A stretch of 64,000 nt of DNA from Camelus dromedarius (taxonomy: Eukaryota). Made by a program: the position numbers and the translations under genes. This document shows, piece after piece, positions 49,502 through 62,020 of this stretch (the first letter of the stretch is position 1; the number at the start of each line of letters is the position of its first letter). The notes beneath the pieces are model-generated. The model worked only from the letters and a program-made list of their open reading frames with translations. It had not been told where the DNA came from and ran no database searches. The DNA is taken from NCBI RefSeq assembly GCF_036321535.1, contig NC_087437.1, positions 73,038,001-73,102,000 on the forward strand, in the 5' to 3' direction.

Positions 49502-50189
49502 AATTCATAACTCATCAAATATTTATTAAACTCCCACTACATGCCAAGAATACACTAGATGCCTAGGAAACAGAGGTGAACAGATCATATTCATCATCCT
49601 CAAGAAACTTACATTTTCATGAAAATACAGATGCATCAACTAGGAATTAGAATGCATGGGTGTAAGTACCGTTACTAAGGACACGTAGTATTTGAAGAAA
49701 GCTTTTAGGAGAAGCTTCCAAACCCAACCTTGCAGAATAAGAGGAGGCTTTTGAAAGAGGCAGCATCTAACTGAAACTTGACTGATGACTATGGAGAGTC
49801 AGGTGAAATGAGGAAGTGGAGGAGAGGAGGGGCTGGCAGTGGGGAGAGAGAGAAGAGAGAAATATTCTATGTGTCCAAAGGTCTAGAAATAGAACTTAAG
49901 TTATAGGCCCCTGAAGAGGACAGGAAGAACACTTTATTATTGTTTAGCTGCCTGGCACTAGAAAATAGGGAAGATTTCAGCGATCTTCTTTTTGTCCTGC
50001 TAGATTGTAAGTGCCTCAGAGCCAGAGTACTTTATTCATTTCTCCATCTCTAGCACTTAGCAGTGCCCAGCACAGACAGTGAGAACATCACGTTGACCTG
50101 AAGTGGCTTCAAGTAAGTTCTTGAGCACAGCAAACAAAGCCCTCCATGAACCAGGGGAGAAAACATGAGACCCCCCATCACAGGTGCAG

Positions 50190-50596
50190 TCAGCGTCCAC
50201 CACATCCACTTGGTTTCTGCTTACTAAGGCGCCTCACTGGGCATACCTGTGACGCTCTCCTGAAGATTTACTGGGGCTATGGGAACACACTCAGTCCACA
50301 AGCAAAGCAGACTGGAAACTGCAGAGAGTACATGGTGATGACAGATGGGGAGTTGGAGATAACACCCCAGCTTCCTTGGGGTAAGGCTGACGTGTGTTCT
50401 CCCAGAGCTTCCCTGGTGGGAATGAGCCCTAAGTCCACAGTGATAACTGGCTGGATCATGTATATTTTATTATCTTCCTTCCCTTCCTTGACACACTTTC
50501 CCACTCTATATTTCCTAGGACTACCTCTCAAATAAATTAACTTAACTCAAATCTTTGCTCAGAGTTTTCTTTCAGGGGAACCCAAACCAAGGTACA
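50190..50596 (+). mobile_element. ERVL LTR (LTR16-like)
   Basis: 3' end ctcaaataaa...ctcaaatctttgctcag...ggggaacccaaaccaag is characteristic of LTR16. Confidence 0.65.
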
Positions 50597-52751
50597 ACCT
50601 AAAACAGTAACAGAAGGAGGGCTGTTTCTGATCTCCTATTAGCAACAAATGCCAGTAGTTTGAAAGGCCTGAAAGAAAGAACAATTACTAAAAGTTGCAG
50701 GGGTGATAGAGACAGATTCTTTGGGGGGCTCAGGACAACTATGTTTAAAGCTCAAGAGTGCAGTAGAGCAAACTTGTGATGGTAGACGACTCCCCACTAA
50801 GGAAAGGAACGTCAAAGGAGATGTGAGGGGGATGCAGGAAGTGGCAAGGGGAAGCTTCTGGTCCCTAGTCCATCAGAGAATAAAGGCGTTCAGGAAGAAG
50901 CAGTAAACTGGATGTAGGGCATGCAGAATGGCTTTGTGATACACTTGAGTATTTATCTCAAGGTTTTCATGTTTTTATTTTTGGCTTATCCTATTTGAGG
51001 AATGACCCAGGGATGCAGAGTAGGTCCTAAATAAGATAGGAATTACACCGCTGTGCCAGGATCGCTATAATGTACAGGCGGGTGACACCCCCAAATAGAG
51101 TAAAGGCTGGATGAGACAGCCCAAACACAACCTGGCCCACCTGCTAAAGGAGAAAGCCAGGAAGCAGGAAGAATCCAATTCTATGAACAGGCGGGCAGAG
51201 TCTCATATTTTCAAACATCCACTGAAAGGAGTTCAGAGAAGAAGCAAACAAATAGAAAAATGCAGAGACAAGGTGATAAGGATGAGAGTGTAAAGGATTC
51301 CAGACCAAGATGAAGGTATTTACATGCAGCAAAGAGATTCAGGACACGGTTTAAATGTTTACAAGGCAATTAGATCGAGTTATGGTAAAAAACCCTTGGT
51401 CAAATGGGGCACAGTTTGCCTAACACAGAATTATTTCTTCTCACATCCTGGATGGCTGCCTTCATCGATTTGCCAATAGTCAGGCCAGATGAGTCAGTTT
51501 CATGTTTGTGCTGAGACAGTCACACCTTATAAGTGAGCGAATGGTGGTATCAATAAAAGAGGGGAACAGTCTTTCCGACTCTTCAAAGGACGTTGTTTAG
51601 TCTCCATAAGGAAACTGACATCAGGGGCAATCAATTATTTCCTAGCCCACGCCCGAGGAGAGATGGAGAAAGAGGGAGGGAAGGAAGGAGAAAGGGAGGG
51701 AGGGCAGGAGGAAGAGAGTGAGAGCCGGAGAGAGAGACAGGAAAAGCTATCAGCAAGACTTCCAACTAAATAAACGTTGGCTGTATTATTCCCATCTTTA
51801 TGAACTAAAGGGTTTGTGTTTCCTTCAAGATACTGAATTGTGTGACCTCTAATAAAAATGCAATAAGATTCTAAGTAAAAGCAAAGATTTTTCACTTATC
51901 CTGTCATTCAGAGAACTGAGGAAAGAAATCTAGCAGCCCCTGCTCTTAGGTTTTGTGAATTATCTTCTCTTTATCTCATTTTCAAAAACAATTAATTGCT
52001 CACCCACATCACTGTTTTTCTCTCTGCCTTTATTTAAAAATGATGTTTTAAAAAAACACAATTCTTGGTCACAAAGATAAAAAATACCCAAATCCAGGGG
52101 TTTCTGTTTATTAATATTTCCTTGCATCACTGAGCAAAATAGAATTCTCACATTTCCCTTAAATTTGCACCGTGCAGAGCCTCTGCAATTTGATTGCAGC
52201 CACAGTGGGGAGTTCAGCTAAGCTCCACTCTCCCGCGAATGCAGGGTCAGAGGGCCATCCCTGCAGGTTCCTTTGCTGGAGGAGCTGGACAGTCTCTCAC
52301 CCCAGCTGGCCCTAGTGGGGGTGAGGGCACTCATGCAGAGTTTCTCTGGAGCTGTGTTTATCTTCGTCCTATTCTCACAGTGGCCTTATTCCATGTTGCC
52401 CCAGCAAGCAACTAAGACAATTAGATAGCTAAGGAATTAGACTTTGGCAGTTATAATTAAGGAGACTTCCAGGATTCTTAGGAGACATCAAAATTGCACA
52501 TAAGGTACCAGGACACTGACTGACCTCTGGCTTTCTATAGGATTTTATTCTATTAAGTGAAACATCATTCTTTAGCATTCTACCTTCATCCCCACCCAAC
52601 GTGAATGACAAGTGTCAAGGCAAACAGAACTCCAGAATAGCAAGCCTTGTGTGCCGGCTCTCCAGCTAACAGGCTGCTTCCTCCCTAGGGGAAGAAAGCA
52701 GGAGGCATTGACAGAAACACAGCAGGGAGTCCAGAGAACGAAAACTCTTAC

Positions 52752-52959
52752 CGAAAACCTTGACCGTGGTGAAGCTCCTCAAGATTCTGCCAGGCCTGAC
52801 TTCAACGTGGCAAGAGAACTTCCGGTCATCATCGTGGATCTGGACTGGAGAGAGGTAGAGTGCGTAGTCTGTACCTAGCTTGACTCTGTCTTTAAATAGC
52901 GTGGAATTGCTGATGGGGTGATCTTGGGTAATAAGTGTTTCCTGAGTTCCACTGTCCTC
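52752..52959 (-). CDS. CD96: CD96 exon 5, second part of Ig domain 2
   Basis: 208 nt, catcag|GAG...TTC G|gtaaga. Translates EDSGTQETLITQDHPISNSTLFKDRVKLGTDYALYLSPVQIHDDDRKFSCHVEVRPGRILRSFTTVKVF. Confidence 0.97.
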
Positions 52960-53414
52960 CTGATGAGACAAAACGGTTACCAGCTTTGAGTGCTCAGTCG
53001 TGCCAGCTCTGAACTAGGTGTTCCACATGCATTAATTCATTTACATTTTGTAACAACAGAGATGATGAAGAACTGAAATTAAGAAATATTGAGCATGTTA
53101 CTGGAGAAAATACCATTACACTTGACTTTCAATTAAAAATTGCTGTCATTCTCTCCCACACACATAGAAACTTGCTGCTCTTCTGACTAAATCTTCTCCT
53201 TCATAACCACCCATATGCTGTACAACAGGGTTGGGATTTGGGGGGCACAGGACGGCGAGTTAACGTCAGATCGTAATTCTTATTTCAAGTTCTGACATCT
53301 CAATGCTAAGACGTGCTCACAAGGCTGTATCAGTTTTCCTTATCAAATCTTCACTGAACTGGATGATTACAGTCATCCTCTCTTCCTAGCATGCCTTTAT
53401 TTTAGCTCCCCTCA

Positions 53415-53580
53415 GAAGCCAGGACTAGAAGGGGGTAAAGAGAGACTGCTTGGGTGCAAAATTTAAAGAGGCACTGACTCTCAGCGTCCTGGTAGTACAG
53501 GGTGGGCACGTGAGAGTGAGTGCCTCCTTAAATTTTGCATCCTTGGTACCTCCTTCCCTCAGCCTGGTCGTGGTCCTCAC
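53415..53580. mobile_element. MER96 palindromic hAT MITE
   Basis: Long imperfect inverted repeat tgcaaaatttaaagaggcactgactctca ... tgagagtgagtgcctccttaaattttgca. Confidence 0.75.
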
Positions 53581-54472
53581 CCTTCTCCCCTTATTTCTGT
53601 GTTTGTGACCTTCAAAGAGGACTCATAGTGGGCTGTTAAATGCTCATCTGAATTTTGGAGATCAGAGTTTGACTGGAGTTCTTTGTTCCTCTAGTCCATG
53701 TCTTTCTGGGTCTGTGAAGAAGAGCCCTCATTATTCTTGCCTTTCCCTGAAAGTCACGGACAAGGTCCGGGGGTGTCACAGTGTTGGTCAATGTCAGTAG
53801 AAGTGCTGACTAAGGGCCTAGTGAGGAGGGGACTCCGAGGGGCACAGGGATGGAGGAAGGGTGATGTCCTCATAGTCCTTCAGTATAACTCAGTGTTTTC
53901 AACTGAGTTGCTCTGAACACATCCTGATACACGAGCTTCTGCTGTGGAGATTCTAATGCAGTCGTTCTGGGATGACTCTCATCCCACGGCACGCTTGTTT
54001 TTATCAAGGGTCCTCAGAGGAGCCAGGGCTGAGAACCACTGGTCTGACTCTAAACAATGGATGAATCATTGTGCACAGGGGTCAGGGGAAACGAGGGAAC
54101 TGACAAGGAGGAGGGTGAACAGGAATGCACTGGATGTGGAAGAAGTCATGAAATAAGAAAAACAAAGGCCTGTGATTTGAAATCTGTAGTTTAAAAAGTG
54201 AGTCAGATTCAGAGCAAAAGAAGGGAAGCCAGGTGAGGGAGGGAATTCAAGTACGGGCCAGGAGCAGAACTGGCAGAAACAGGAAGGCAGACTTTTTAAA
54301 CAGTTTCTATAAATGCCCCCAGGATCTACTGAGTAGGAACTCTTGTGTAAGACACAACTCTTCAAAGAGTATGGCAAGGACTGGTATCAGCTTTATCTAC
54401 GGACGTACAGACGGTACCATCTGCAGAGAATCACACCCTGCTTCAGACTCACTCCTGAAGCAAAGTACATAC

Positions 54473-54517
54473 CTTTATACCCACATAAAGGATCTAAGAG
54501 TCTGTGATGCTGTCTTC
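54473..54517 (-). other. CD96: Orthologue of human CD96 alternative exon 4 (variant 1), with an in-frame stop (pseudo-exon or poison exon)
   Basis: 45 nt after a pyrimidine tract, cattag|GAA GAC AGC ATC ACA GAC TCT TAG ATC CTT TAT GTG GGT ATA AAG|gtatgt. Reads EDSITDS*ILYVGIK vs human ENSSTDSWVLLSKGIK and lies between exons 3 and 5. Confidence 0.85.
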
Positions 54518-56439
54518 CTAATGAGGAAGGGCACAGAAAATTAAAGGGAGAGCACTTATGTTCTGGAGACATAAGGGGCCCCTAAAGGAGCAGAAGTATT
54601 GGGTGGTAGCAGCAGAAGAAAGAGGAAGGCATTTTAGTCAGCTTCTGCAGATCTTGGGCCAGTGATTAAGGAAGCAGGCTCCCCCTGCAGGTCCTTCAGC
54701 ACAAGCTAAGTTTTATAGCTCTTATTTTATGCACAGAGACTGTTTTTGTGAGAATCTTGGAGCTCAAATGTTTCTTGGTCTTGCGGTAAATGACGATATT
54801 TGGAACATTTTCATCTGTCACTTTGTTGGGGGAGCAAGGGCAGTCAGAGGCTAAGAGACTGGTGTGAAAACTGCTTTTTCCTTTATTGTGTAGCTGGGGG
54901 TGACTGGCCAGGGTGGTTTAATTGATGGAGAAAATATTTTTTTTTAAATTATGCACTGGGTTTTTTGTTTGTTTTCTGGGCATTTGACTGCTGTAGAGGA
55001 GGGCTTTGTTCCTTTGTTGGGAAAGACGGATTAGTTGCAAAGTGTGCCCTGTAACCTGTAGCTGGAGATGCCAAGAGATCCTAGAGTCCCCAGATATAAA
55101 GGGGCTGAGGTGGGAAACTGCACATGAGTGGCTACTTTTACAGAGCAAATGGGAGGAAAAGTGAAAAACAGCATTGCAGGCAAACAAAGAAATGTCTAGA
55201 GCTGGGAGAGGGAGAGACAATTCTAATATTATGCTATGACCACTACTGAATTTTTATATTCTTATTATTCACAGCTTAAATTTACTCCTGTGTTTTAGGC
55301 ACTGTGCCAAGTTCTTTTAAGCCTTACCTTATTTACTCCTTACAACAATCTGGAATAAACTGAGGTTAGGTAACTTGCTCAAAGGTCACACAACGAAGGC
55401 CCTTAAGTCACAGCATCAAATAAAGGACAAATAAGAATCAAGATGTATTAATAAAACCAAACCAAGAAACATATAAATTTTTTTTCTGGATTTGGGAATG
55501 AAAAATTTAAAAGAAATTTCAGGCCCTTATACAGATGGGAGATTACAGAGGTGTGAACAGTTTGCTGACTGAAAGGAGCCTTTTTATGTTATACTGACCT
55601 ACCTTTGGTGATAGGGGTCAGAGAATATACCTCAACTCCCACCTGATAATAATGATCTCAGGTAACCTGTTCTGCAGGAAATAGACTGGTAGGGGGTCTT
55701 ATTATAGAGTCTTTATTCTTGCCAGTTTTTCTTTTCTTTCCTTGTTCTTCAAAGAAATTATTTTGATGACTTTTAAAATATTAATAAATATTTCTAAAAC
55801 TTCAGGATTTTCAACTTGGACCTTTATGATTTAATGAGGAATGTAGATTGAACTAGTTAATGTATATAATACATCTCCATAAGTCATAACATTTAACAGA
55901 TATTTGATTACTACTTACTGTCCTTCAGCCTCAACTGGTTAACCTGCTGTGAATTCATGAGTGTTCACTATCTGCCTGGCTAAACTGAAGAATTATGTAG
56001 AGTCCTAAAACTAAACCTTTAAAGATGCGTTTTTTAATACAGACTGACTACAGGTGCCATGCTGCTATTCAGCACCTCATGGAAACAGGAGGCTGACTAT
56101 GCAGGATGGAATGAAACCTGAGGCCAGGCAACGTATCCAAGGTTACACTGAATTCTGAGACAAAAGGAGAATGTGTGCCCTTTTATGCACTTATCAAAAT
56201 ATCCTCCCATATTTTGACTCAGTGGAAAAAGTTAATAAAAATTCTACAATTAAAATTTTTGGAGAACAACTACTTAAAGCCATGCATTCCTCAGTCCTTT
56301 CTCCTGCCGTTGTCAACCGACATACACACACTCGTTGGGGGCACGATGCCATGAAGGCCCAGGAGCCACAGGCGGACTGGGAAATTCTGTTCTTGGAGCA
56401 GCATAGCAGAGTCTCAAAACAAACAACAGCCTGCATTTA

Positions 56440-56600
56440 TTTCAAAACTTAACATTTTGTTCATTATGGATTTCCCCTTAATTTTGATTTTTACAAATAT
56501 TTTATTGAGATATATACCTTGGCTACTAATTTTGGGGGCACTCCCTTAAATTTTGCACCAAGGTGAGGGTCTTGCTCACCTCACCCCAATCCTAGCTCCT
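56440..56600 (+). mobile_element. MER96B-like terminal fragment
   Basis: Shares the ccttaaattttgcacc...ctcacctcaccc end with the MER96 copy at 53.5 kb. Confidence 0.6.
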
Positions 56601-57134
56601 AGACCACAAAGCTAGCAGAGCCAGGGTTTGAAAACAATAATTTCCCTCTAAAAGCCATGCTGTTAATGACTTTGCTACATACAGCCTCACAAAAGTAGTA
56701 GAATGGACAGTCCTTGACTTCTCTGCTGACAGTCTGAGGAGAAGAACAAACTCACAAGAAAAACAGAAAATCAGGACCCAAAGAAGAAAAATAAATGCAT
56801 AATTAACTTATGTCCAGGAATTGGATAAAATAATTAACATGATGAGGGCTGGGTGGGATCACAGAGAACTCCTCCTCAATGTCCTATAAAGACCTGACAA
56901 GCCCTAAAATAATTTGTAGTTTTCTTATTTTAGTCCTAGACCCAGAATTTTCAGTGCAGAAAAGAGGCCATGGTGCCATTTGATTTAGTGAGGTTACCTC
57001 ATCTTGAGGCTGTCCTGAGCTCCTCGTCAGAGCTGGCAACGGTGGCCACGACACTGGTACTGAGGTAGAGAGCCCTTTCAACACACTCTGTTAACTGCAT
57101 CCATTGCTACTTCTTTATCTCTAAACAATTTCTT

Positions 57135-57274
57135 TTCTTTTTTTTTTTTTTTTTTTTTTTTGGTGGTGGGTGGGAGTAATTAGGCTTATTTATTTTTAGA
57201 GGGAGCACTGGGGTTTGAACCCAGGACCTTCTACATGCTAAGCATGCACTCTACCACTGAGCTATACCCTCCCT
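57135..57274 (-). mobile_element. tRNA-Ala-derived SINE (camelid vic-1 type)
   Basis: Minus strand reads GGGAGGGTATAGCTCAGTGGTAGAGTGCATGCTTAGCATGTAGAAGGTCCTGGGTTCAAACCCCAG (A and B boxes, tRNA-Ala(AGC)-like), then AAATAAATAAGCCTAATTAC, a C-rich tract and a long poly(A). Confidence 0.85.
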
Positions 57275-60200
57275 TCAAACTGCTTCTTACCTTTACTTTT
57301 CTCCATTTATTCTCTATCCAGTCGGTGCTATAAAATAGCTGCTTGCAAAGCTCCCTACGTCCATTTTAAAAAAATCCAAAGCAATATGTTCCCAGTCATT
57401 ACAATTGGTTGTCAACACTTTGTAAGCTGGCCAGCACTTTATTTTTGATTATGGTGAAGACAATTAGGGTCAGCTACCGTCAGGTGGACGGTGACAGCTC
57501 TGTTTTCTGAATAGCTAGGTTTCCCACAGGCATGGTAAACCAACACTGTTTATAGAATCACTTCAGGTTTTGTTTACATACAAAACATTACAAGTACTGA
57601 AGAAGACTATATTGAAAAGATACATTTATAGATAAAAAATTGAAAAAAATATAAGCATCTAGGTTTAAGTTATGTGTCTTTATTACTAATATTGAGCTGT
57701 CTGAATCTGATTTTTTTCTTACTTTATTTTCACGACTTTAAAGAGAAACATCATGGCTTTCTCTTTATCCACCACCTTTGAGAACAAACATTCCCTAAAC
57801 ACCTCTCTCACCCCTACTACCAACTTGTGCTCACAGGTCCTGGGTCTTGGTGTAGTACATGCCTATTGTTTGCTGGTTTGAATTATCCAGCTCACATATA
57901 ACCTCAGTGGTTTTCCAGGTCCATTTAGTCAGAATCAAACTATTTTCCCTCTATGCTCTCATTTTTTACATTTTTATTCAAGTTGTATTTCATAGTAGGA
58001 AATATGTCCAATACAGTTTTGTGTCCCTGCAGGACCTAGCACTTAAAACAGATTCACATATGTTTGTTAGATTGAATGGAAATTTATGCTGTAGGAAATC
58101 AGGATGATAGTTTGGAATGAACACAGAATATGAGACTGTATTTAGAAGCTCCTAGTGTAAGCATGAAGAATTTCCCTGATGATTATATCTTGTGCCCCAG
58201 GACATAAACTGGGAAAAAAATTTAACTTGTCCTTTCTCTATCAACTGCATTCCATCTAAATACACACATTGTACAACTTCTTACACATCATCCCACCATG
58301 CTCATGGACCCTCAGTGTCCACTGAAGGGTAACCCTTTGTGTTTACTTAGTCACTTCTCATGCTAGATAAATGGTGGATACACTATTTGCACCAGATGCC
58401 TTTTCTACTTCAGTGTAATTGTGATCCTGAAATGTTACTTCCCCAAATGCAAAAGATCTGCTCCGTGAACACATTTAACACAGCCTCAGCATGGGATCAG
58501 GTACACACAGCAAATAATATTTTTATGATAACTGAGAATCCCAGTAATAACCCTTCCCATGAGGGTCATAACTGAATTAATTTATAAAATTTCACATACA
58601 GGATATGCATGGCTTTTGCTTTCCAGTGACCTCGATTTAAATGATTCTAGTTCATCAAATTGTTTCCAAGGTTTGACTCAGCACCTGAAGCGGGTGCACT
58701 CTGCAGCTCCCCGGAGTTACTGAGTTCAGTATAGCAGTTTCTCCCCTCCTGAGCTCATCTTCACCAGTGCTACTTTTTAACCTTTTTCTAAAAGCCACAT
58801 TATATCATGTCTGTAAGAACAATTGGTTATCATTATGATGATTACTGCCAGCTTAACGGGAGACTAAAGAACTAAAATATGAGTTGAGGGGATATTTATG
58901 CCCTCTGCAGACCTATAACAGTCATGACATAAAGAGCTGCACAGTTTATTCCTTAATAATGGGAGATTTGATGATTTCATCTCAGGCTTGCTGAATCCCA
59001 CCTCGCCAACAGCGTGGCGTGCGGATGTAAATCAGAGGAGCAAATAGATTTTGACATTTAAAAAGGTAATGCACAGTAGGAATTCAATCAGTACATTTGC
59101 CAATACAATGTTCCCTTTGAAGAGGGGTTTCTTTCAAAAAGATTCCCCAAGTTGTCTCCATCATGATGCACTCTTTAAAATCAGAGCATGGCTCCACGTT
59201 CCAGCAGACGTTTAGGGGACCCTCTCTCACTATGTGAGCTCAGGTACGATCTCTCTGCTCCTCATTTATCCTAAATGTGCTGGCAGGATTCAGAGATAAT
59301 GTCCATGTGCCTTCTTATCAGGTATCTTATCACCCATCAGGTAGAGGACACCGTATCAGTTATCTAGTCACTGACACTTAATGAGCTGCTCATTAACCAA
59401 TCAGCCAGACAGCATGAGGTTTAGTGACTACCAATTTAATACCAGGCGAGTGAATAGGACTATGAAGAAAGGAGATGAAGAGAAACAGATCCATTCAATT
59501 AGTTACTAAATCTTTATTGAGTGCCTATGTTCTAGACACTCACTATACTAGATGACAGGGATTTTTGAAATGAGTGATGCAGCTTTCTTGTCCTGGAGGA
59601 GCTCAGGGTCATAGAAAAGGCACAAACTGCCTGAAAACTTTAATTGCTTGGAAAAACTAGTGAGACACCCTCCAGATAAGACCCCTACAGATCAACTTGC
59701 AAGCCAGCAAAAATCTCTACAGTAAAGCTTTATTAAACTTTAGTCTTATTTATTATTATTAAACTTACCACTCGCATTGATAGCAAATTTGTGATAATTA
59801 GGGTAGAAACATTGTGGCCATTGATGGAAAATATTAATAATAAAAACAAGGTATAAACAGTGCATTTCCATTACAGTAATGTTTAGTATAGCAGGTTTCT
59901 GCCTTCTTGAGATCATCTCCACTTGTATTTTCTAAGACCCACCTTGTATCACATTTGTTAAGAACAACTGACTTATACTAATGAAAGGCATAATGTCAGG
60001 CAGGAAGTCTGACATTTCGGAAACTTAAAAATGTGGTTTTTGACAGATAACAAAGAAGCATTGTAGATTTTAGAGCAATTTGAGAAAGTTATTTTATAAT
60101 TTTTTTGATCCTACTGACTAAAAAATACCTGTATAGTCAAAGACGATCAGTAGGTTGCATTTTAAGGCCTATTTGCAAGTCAGTTATTTTGGATTTGGCA

Positions 60201-61177
60201 CATCCTCAGAGAAATCATTTTATACGAAGGGTCTAATTTCCAAGGCAGTCCACAAAAATCTAGTAACTTGTCAGAGGAATGATAAGTCATGTGAGTACAG
60301 TATTTTGCAAACTGTATCAGCTGCTACATTCACGGACATTCACTAGTTCTGTAAGAATTTTTAAATCTTGTGTTTCCATTTTGTTGATGATCTGAGATTA
60401 ATATAATCATATTCTGGACCATCTTAATAAACACCCTATTACATAATTCTTGAAATTGTGTTTATGGTTTTTATAACTGTGTCAGACTTCTGCTACCAAC
60501 TGACTTCCCGACAGTATCAGAGGTCTACTATATATAGTGGTGAATAGCTGGCTGCCGTTTGGTTGCCTTGCCTTGGGAAATTTCTCATAAAAATCAATTT
60601 CTGTGTGTATGTGTTTAAGTCAGAAAACATGGCAACTTTGGGCCTGGCTTTACCTGTGAAAATAAAAGAGCTGAGCAGCGGCTGTTTCTGGCACAGGTCC
60701 TGCTTCTCTGATGTACATTTTCTCCCTGTGTTTGATAAGCATTAGAGTTCGTGTGTCCCCGTCTAAAGCACTGTAGTGTACTTCCCAGGATGTAGTGGTA
60801 AGGGTTCTGGGAAGAGCAGGTGCATGCCTCTACACATGTTGTGTGTGAAACAAACGTGTGAGCAGGGGCTTCTGCTGGACGTGGCTCCACTATCACACAT
60901 CTTCTCTCTGTAAGCAGGGTTCAGTGTATAGCTTGAGATAGAAACTAAGCTTTAGGAACTACTTTCTAAGTTACTGCATCCAAAAACCCGGAGGCTTGCT
61001 GAGTTAGAAGGAATCCTAGGGTCCCTCCTTCCCTACCCCTCACCGTTCCCCAGCCTTTGGCATAATGCCTGCCTCTTGTCCAGTATGTTTCCTTTCCTAT
61101 TATTACCTGTTATTCACTTTTACTTCATTAACATTTAAAGATCATTGCAGTTATTCACTGAAAAGGGCAACACTTAC

Positions 61178-61302
61178 CACCAACCATGCAAAGGTGAAAT
61201 CGGATGAAATTTCTAAGGAGATATTTTGAAAGCATGGTATTTCCAGAGTTTGGTTTATCTCTATTTCTACTGTATGGTTGCTTCTCCATCCATCCTGTGT
61301 CA
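61178..61302 (-). CDS. CD96: CD96 exon 3, first part of Ig domain 2
   Basis: 125 nt, ttacag|TG...GTG|gtaagt. Translates TQDGWRSNHTVEIEINQTLEIPCFQNISLEISSDFTFAWLV vs human TADEWNSNHTIEIEINQTLEIPCFQNSSSKISSEFTYAWSV. Confidence 0.97.
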
Positions 61303-61629
61303 CTGTAACAAAACATAAGTTGGAAAATACATGGATCTGTGACTGGTTTGTAAAGTGCTTTTAATCTAAAAAGGTTTTAGTATAGACGGTCATCTACCCT
61401 CAGGGTACACCTATAAAGAGTACCCCACCTATAGTCCTCATTGTACAAATGGCAAAACAGAGCCACTAAGAAACAGAGTTGCTTCTCGCTGAAAAACTAC
61501 ACAGAAACTAAAAGAATCCAAATTACAATTTGGCCCCTCCCTCTGCTTTAACCCCAAATTGGTGCCTTAGGTTTCAGATCATATTTCCTTGATCTGGTAG
61601 AATATAAAACTTTATAACCCAGCCTCTAA

Positions 61630-62020
61630 TTTTTTAAAAAAAATTAATAAGTATTTTTAAACAGATATTTTAGGTTCATAGCAAAATTGAGTGGGAAGTA
61701 CAGAGCGTTTCCATATACCCCCTCCTCCTACGCATGCACAGCTTCCCCCACTCTTAACATCCCTATCAACAGCGATACCTTCCTTACAGTCAGTGAGTCC
61801 CCATCAACATGTCACTATTACCCAAAGTCCACAGCTTATTTACGTTAGGGTCCACTCTTGGTGTTGTAATTCTATGGATTTTGACAAATGTATGACATGT
61901 ATCCACTATGGTAGAATCATACAGATAGTCTCCCTGCCCTAAAACTCCTCCGTGCTCTGCCTGGTCATCCCTTCCTCCTGACATCCACTGATCTTTTTAC
62001 TGTTTCCATACCTAATTGTA
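61630..62020 (-). mobile_element. LINE-1 3' UTR fragment (L1MC-like)
   Basis: ttttaggttcatagcaaaattgagtgggaagtacagag...gtttccata is the typical reverse-complement L1MC 3' end. Confidence 0.75.

Noticed and set aside
53415..53580. Long hairpin as a possible miRNA or structured ncRNA
   Set aside because: Explained by the palindromic MER96 transposon.
57200..57274. tRNA-Ala-like sequence
   Set aside because: Disrupted stems plus a tail and poly(A) indicate a SINE, not a tRNA gene.
60652..60690. Exon-like segment on the minus strand (cag...ACAG|gtaaag) considered as CD96 exon 4
   Set aside because: No match to the human exon 4 peptide; the true orthologue is at 54473-54517.
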